In this document: positions 59,768-64,000 of the stretch, in pieces
Layout of the letters: each line of letters begins with the position of its first letter
Numbering within the stretch: position 1 is the first letter of the stretch
DNA from: Methanocaldococcus sp. 28A
GTDB taxonomy: Archaea; AGJL01; Methanococci; Methanococcales; Methanocaldococcaceae
Assembly (NCBI GenBank): GCA_049852185.1
Contig: CP187540.1
Strand: one strand, 5' to 3'
Length of the DNA stretch: 64,000 nt
Position numbers and translations under genes: made by a program
Notes under the pieces: model-generated
Databases searched by the model: none
What the model saw: the letters and a program-made list of their open reading frames with translations, nothing else
Told to the model about the DNA's origin: nothing

Positions 59768-59998
59768 ATGAGTGAAATTCCTACTGTCATTACCCCTAAA
59801 GAAGATTTTAAAAGATTAATGGAAAAACTTGATGAACTTGAAGAAAAAGTAGAAAATACAAATGCTGAAATATTCCAAAGAGCAGGTAAAAAAGTCGGGA
59901 GAGATGTAGGAATTGCCTATGGTTTAATTATTGGAACAATAATATCAATTATATTACCATATTTAATCAAAGTTATGAATTATATGATGAACATTTAA
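59768..59998 (+). CDS. mtrG: Mtr subunit G
   Basis: LDELEEKVE...EIFQRAGKKVGRDVGIAYG. Confidence 0.95.
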   Translation: MSEIPTVITPKEDFKRLMEKLDELEEKVENTNAEIFQRAGKKVGRDVGIAYGLIIGTIISIILPYLIKVMNYMMNI

Positions 59999-60017
59999 AT
60001 AAAGATGGGGTGGTATT

Positions 60018-60977
60018 ATGTTCAAATTTGAAAAAGAACAGATGGTTATAGAGATTGGAGGAAGAAAAATCGGAGGGCAGCCAGGAGAATATCCAACAGC
60101 TTTATCAGGAACAATCTTCTACGCAAGACACAAGATTGTTGAAGATGAAAAAAAAGGTATATTTGATAAAGCAGCAGCGGAAGATTTAATCAATAAACAA
60201 GCAGAGATGGAGGATATTACAGGAAACCCTGCATTAGTCCAAATATTTGGAGGTACGCCTGAAGCATTAGTTAAATACATTGATTTCGTTGCTGAAATTT
60301 GGGATGGTCCAATGTTACTGGACTCAACAGCAAAAGAGGCAAGAATGGCTGCTGCAAAAAGAGCTACTGAAGCAGGATATGCTAATCAATGTATTTACAA
60401 CTCTATCAACGTTTCTATTGATGATGAAGAGTTCCAAAACTTAGTAGAAAGTGATTTGGAGGCATCAATTATCTTATGTTTCGACCCAATGGATCCAAGT
60501 GTTGAAGGGAAAATTAATGTTCTATTAAATGGTGGAAAAACAGCAGATAAAGGAATGTTAGAATTAGCTGAAAAAGCAGGAATTAAATGCCCATTAATTG
60601 ACGTTGCAGTTACACCATTAGGAAATGGAGCAGGTAACGCGGTTAGGGCATCATTTGCTGTTAAAGCAAAACTAGGAATGCCTGTAGGAAGTGGTATTCA
60701 CAACATTCCATCAGCATGGGACTGGTTAAGAACATTTAGAAAACAGTTAAGAGAGAGTGGTAATACACAATTAGCTAAAGATGTTCATCATGTTTGTGAC
60801 ATTGGAGCAAACTTAGTCCAAGTTATGGCAGCAGGTGATTTTGTTTTATATGGTCCTATAGACAACGCTCAATTAACATTCCCTGCGGTAGCTATGGTTG
60901 ATATGGTTATTGCAGAAGCTGCTAAAGATTTAGGTATAAATCCAGTAGATTCACATCCATTTAATAAACTATTATAA
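60018..60977 (+). CDS. mtrH: Mtr subunit H
   Basis: GGQPGEYPT, GTIFY, IYNSIN, GIHNIPSAWDW, LYGPI. Confidence 0.97.
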   Translation: MFKFEKEQMVIEIGGRKIGGQPGEYPTALSGTIFYARHKIVEDEKKGIFDKAAAEDLINKQAEMEDITGNPALVQIFGGTPEALVKYIDFVAEIWDGPMLLDSTAKEARMAAAKRATEAGYANQCIYNSINVSIDDEEFQNLVESDLEASIILCFDPMDPSVEGKINVLLNGGKTADKGMLELAEKAGIKCPLIDVAVTPLGNGAGNAVRASFAVKAKLGMPVGSGIHNIPSAWDWLRTFRKQLRESGNTQLAKDVHHVCDIGANLVQVMAAGDFVLYGPIDNAQLTFPAVAMVDMVIAEAAKDLGINPVDSHPFNKLL

Positions 60978-61134
60978 AGATTTCTATTTCTAATATTATT
61001 CTCTTCTATTTAATCGTTTAGTTTTTTTCTTCGATAAATACTTTGTATAACATATTATGAAGTTAGCAATAAGGTACATAAAACTGAAAAAGAGATATAA
61101 TCTATATATGACTGACGATGTGTTTATATTAATG

Positions 61135-61210
61135 TTTATATTAATAATAAAAATATGATGCCAAAGGCATCAAAAGTGCTTTTTAATATTTATTTCTGCG
61201 AAAGTCCTAT
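61135..61210. repeat. Truncated palindromic MITE-like repeat (right half only)
   Basis: CTGCGAAAGTCCTAT at 61196-61210 and hairpin TGATGCC-AAA-GGCATCA at 61156-61172; left TIR not found. Confidence 0.68.
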
Positions 61211-61211
61211 T

Positions 61212-61385
61212 ATACCTACGTTCGATAAAGTGTTATCTACTGAGCTCTACGAATAAATATTCCCAACTTTTTAGCAATATCTCTCATTCTAAATCCTTTT
61301 TTCTTCTATCTAATAATATTCTTAATCTTTATCTTTTTATATTAACCTCATATTATTTATAGGTGCAAAATATTTTTGGGATACA
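61212..61385 (-). pseudogene. Decayed N-terminal HTH of a probable transposase
   Basis: Minus strand KIKNIIR*KKKGFRMRDIAKKLGIFIRRAQ*I; upstream TGTATCCCAAAAATATTTTGCA may be an IS end. Confidence 0.45.
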
Positions 61386-61449
61386 AGATTTAAAAGTTTA
61401 GATTAACATTATTAAAAATAGAAACTTTGATAGTTTTGTGCAAAGTGAG

Positions 61450-62322
61450 ATGATGAAATATCTCATCTTAAAAATAACAAACAGATGTAATTTAAATTGC
61501 ATTTATTGTTATTCATCCAATAAAAGCAATAAAGATATGGATTTTGAAACTGCTAAGAATGCAGTTGATTATATACTAAAAATAGATGATAAGGTAAAAA
61601 TCCAATTTACTGGTGGGGAGCCACTTTTGAATTTTGATTTAATTGAGAAAATAATAAATTATTGCAATGAAAATTATTTCAATAAATATATTTCTTATGC
61701 AATACAAACAAATGGAACTTTACTAAATGAAGAGATTATTAAAAAAATTAAGGATTTAGACATAAAAATAGGAATTAGCATAGATGGTTTAGAGGTAAAT
61801 GATATACTAAGACCATACAAAAACAAAAAACCTTCAACAATAGACACATTAAAAGGTATCTATCTTTTAAAAGAACACAATATCCCTTTTGGTGTAACAA
61901 CAGTTGTAACAAACAAAAATCTACATTATATTAAAGAATTTGTTGAATATTTAATTGCCTTAGAAATAAAAAGTGTAAGTTTTGATTTATTAAAGCCAAA
62001 GAAAACGGAACATTTAAAATTAATGCCAAATGAAGAGGAATTTAATAGAATTTTGAATGAGTTAAAAGATTATCCAATATATATTAAGAACATACAGAGA
62101 AAAGAAAAACTAAAGGACGGTAAAAAATACTGTTTTTTAAATAGTGGAGACTTGTTATTTGTCAATGAGTTTGGAGATATTTATCCCTGCCCAACATTGG
62201 AAGGGTATTTTTATATGGGCAATATAAATAAAATTGATAAAGAAAACCTAAAATTATTTAAAGTTGATTGTAATAATTATTGTTTTGCAAGAAAGTTTTT
62301 GATAGATAAATTAAGGAGATAA
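61450..62322 (+). CDS. Radical SAM protein with short Twitch/SPASM-like C-terminus
   Basis: CNLNCIYC, FTGGEPLL, QTNG, ISIDG, C...GDIYPC. Confidence 0.9.
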   Translation: MMKYLILKITNRCNLNCIYCYSSNKSNKDMDFETAKNAVDYILKIDDKVKIQFTGGEPLLNFDLIEKIINYCNENYFNKYISYAIQTNGTLLNEEIIKKIKDLDIKIGISIDGLEVNDILRPYKNKKPSTIDTLKGIYLLKEHNIPFGVTTVVTNKNLHYIKEFVEYLIALEIKSVSFDLLKPKKTEHLKLMPNEEEFNRILNELKDYPIYIKNIQRKEKLKDGKKYCFLNSGDLLFVNEFGDIYPCPTLEGYFYMGNINKIDKENLKLFKVDCNNYCFARKFLIDKLRR

Positions 62323-62323
62323 A

Positions 62324-63076
62324 ATGATAGGTATCTCAACAAGCGTATTTGCAAACTCAAATACAAAGTTGGAAGATGCTTTATCAATTTTAGAGAAGAA
62401 AACAAGATATGCTGAACTAATTTGTGATGGTTATTTGAATGTTATGGAAAACTCTGAAGTTCCGCTTTCTTTTGATTTGAAATATACATTACACTGCCCA
62501 CTTTCAGATATGAACTTATCTTCTTTTAGGGAAAAGGTTAGAAAAACAAGCGTAGAGATTGTTGAAGATATTTTAAAGGTTGCTGATGAAGTTAATGCCT
62601 CATTAATAGTTCTTCATCCTGGTTATTGTATCTTTGAGGAAGATTATTTTAAGGCATTAAATGCTTTAAAAAAGTCCATAATTGAGTTAAATGAACTTCA
62701 AAATGAATATTCCATAAAAATAACAATAGAGAATATGCCATCTTATAGTATGTTTATGTTTAGGGAGCCAATTGATGAAATTATTGAAATTTTGGGAGAT
62801 GTTAGAATAACCTTTGATATTGGTCATTCCTTTTTAAATAAAAACATTGATGCTTTTTTAAATTATAAAATCATTGATAAAATTGCTCATATTCATATCC
62901 ATGATAACAATGGAGAGTTTGATGAGCATCTATGCATAGGGAAAGGAAAGATTGACTTTGAAAATTATAGTAAAATATTGAGGAAAATAAATTGCATAAA
63001 AATGATTGAACTGCAGTATAAAAGTATTAATGAGTTAGATTTATGCATTGAAAGGGCTAAAAAGCTATTTGGGTGA
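62324..63076 (+). CDS. Sugar phosphate isomerase/AP endonuclease family 2 TIM-barrel protein
   Basis: TLHCP, VLHPG, IENMP, FDIGH, HIHDN..DEH..G.GKIDF. Confidence 0.87.
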   Translation: MIGISTSVFANSNTKLEDALSILEKKTRYAELICDGYLNVMENSEVPLSFDLKYTLHCPLSDMNLSSFREKVRKTSVEIVEDILKVADEVNASLIVLHPGYCIFEEDYFKALNALKKSIIELNELQNEYSIKITIENMPSYSMFMFREPIDEIIEILGDVRITFDIGHSFLNKNIDAFLNYKIIDKIAHIHIHDNNGEFDEHLCIGKGKIDFENYSKILRKINCIKMIELQYKSINELDLCIERAKKLFG

Positions 63077-63080
63077 TGTT

Positions 63081-63854
63081 ATGAAAGAGTTAGTTTATGA
63101 TTTAGATGATTGGAAAGCATATAAAATTCCTCATACTGTCGAGATAGATAATGAGATTGAGAAAACAAAGACATTAATAATTGAGTTTGATAAAAGAAGG
63201 AGAGTTTTATCTACAAGAGAAGGATTTAAGGTAGTTAAATATGTAGGAAACCATTCTATTCCAGAAAAGTTTTGGGATAAAGTTCATAACTATAAAGATT
63301 ATGAAAATCAGGTTTTGAATAAAATTGGTATTAAAAAGGATGATATTGCTTTGTTATCTACTGGAGCAAATATGGATAATTTGGCAATTGCAAAGGAGGA
63401 ATTTGATGAATTTTATGTTATAGCATTTACAACCGCTGGGGCAAAATACAACGCTATAAGATTGGGAGATGAAGAAGCGGATTATATAGAGAAGGATTTC
63501 AAAACCTACAAAATTAAAAATGGAAAATTAATCCCTAAGGAAGAGATTGGGACTGTTAATATTATTTTAATAACAAATGCAAACCTAACAGATGGAGCAA
63601 TGGCGAGAGCTATAATAACTATTACAGAGGCAAAAACAAATGCCTTCCAAGAGTTGGATATAAGAAGCACTAAACATCCTGAACTTCAAGCAACTGGAAC
63701 TGGAACTGATAATGTCATTGTTGTTGGTGGTTTTGGAAGGGGAGTTAATTACACAGGAGGGCATACTAAGATTGGAGAAATGATTGCAAAGGCTGTAAAA
63801 AGAAGTGTAAAAGAGGCATTAATTAAACAGGATAAATTAGATGTAAAATATTAA
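63081..63854 (+). CDS. cbiZ: Adenosylcobinamide amidohydrolase family protein
   Basis: TAG, GTVNI, ITEAK, ATGTGTD, GGHTK motifs. Confidence 0.82.
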   Translation: MKELVYDLDDWKAYKIPHTVEIDNEIEKTKTLIIEFDKRRRVLSTREGFKVVKYVGNHSIPEKFWDKVHNYKDYENQVLNKIGIKKDDIALLSTGANMDNLAIAKEEFDEFYVIAFTTAGAKYNAIRLGDEEADYIEKDFKTYKIKNGKLIPKEEIGTVNIILITNANLTDGAMARAIITITEAKTNAFQELDIRSTKHPELQATGTGTDNVIVVGGFGRGVNYTGGHTKIGEMIAKAVKRSVKEALIKQDKLDVKY

Positions 63855-64000
63855 AGTTTCTCTTCTATCATTCCCTCAATTTCTAAGTATTTCTTTCTTA
63901 ATTTTTCTTTTGTCTCTTCATCTGCCTTCCACATGCCTCTTTCAATAGCCTCTAATAACACCTCAGTTATATTTAATAGAGCATAAGGATTATTTTCTTT
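63851..64000 (-). CDS. cobN: C-terminus of a CobN/ChlH-family chelatase (5' part outside window)
   Basis: KENNPYALLNITEVLLEAIERGMWKADEE...YLEIEGMIEEKL*. Confidence 0.8.
   Translation of the reverse strand, partial: KENNPYALLNITEVLLEAIERGMWKADEETKEKLRKKYLEIEGMIEEKL

Overview
AT-rich archaeal chromosome segment from a hyperthermophilic hydrogenotrophic methanogen, most likely Methanocaldococcus (Methanococcales). Core content: the mcrBDCGA and mtrEDCBAFGH operons with mmp10 and mfnF, anaerobic RNR (partial), aRF1, RFC small subunit with two inteins, F430/cobamide genes (cfbB, cfbD, hemD, cbiZ, cobN end), the HMG-CoA synthase/thiolase/DUF35 operon, ilvC, prs, wtpBC, pstK and tRNA-Val(CAC). The most unusual block is 27.8-37.9 kb, a co-directional cluster of vhcD-G-A-B, hdrA and fwdB in which every usual selenocysteine position is a Cys codon. 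It is followed by an unknown ORF and a catalytically truncated FdhA-like gene plus an FdhB-like gene (Elp/Flp-like), and sits back-to-back with a putative double-cubane reductase operon of unknown function. Other notable items: an mtrF that looks like an internally deleted mtrA-mtrF fusion (36-bp duplicated header), one intact IS6 element plus three relics, a tnpB 3' relic with hairpins, five copies of a palindromic MITE-like repeat, and an SPFH gene with a nonsense codon. Comparisons to other genomes are from memory, not database searches.
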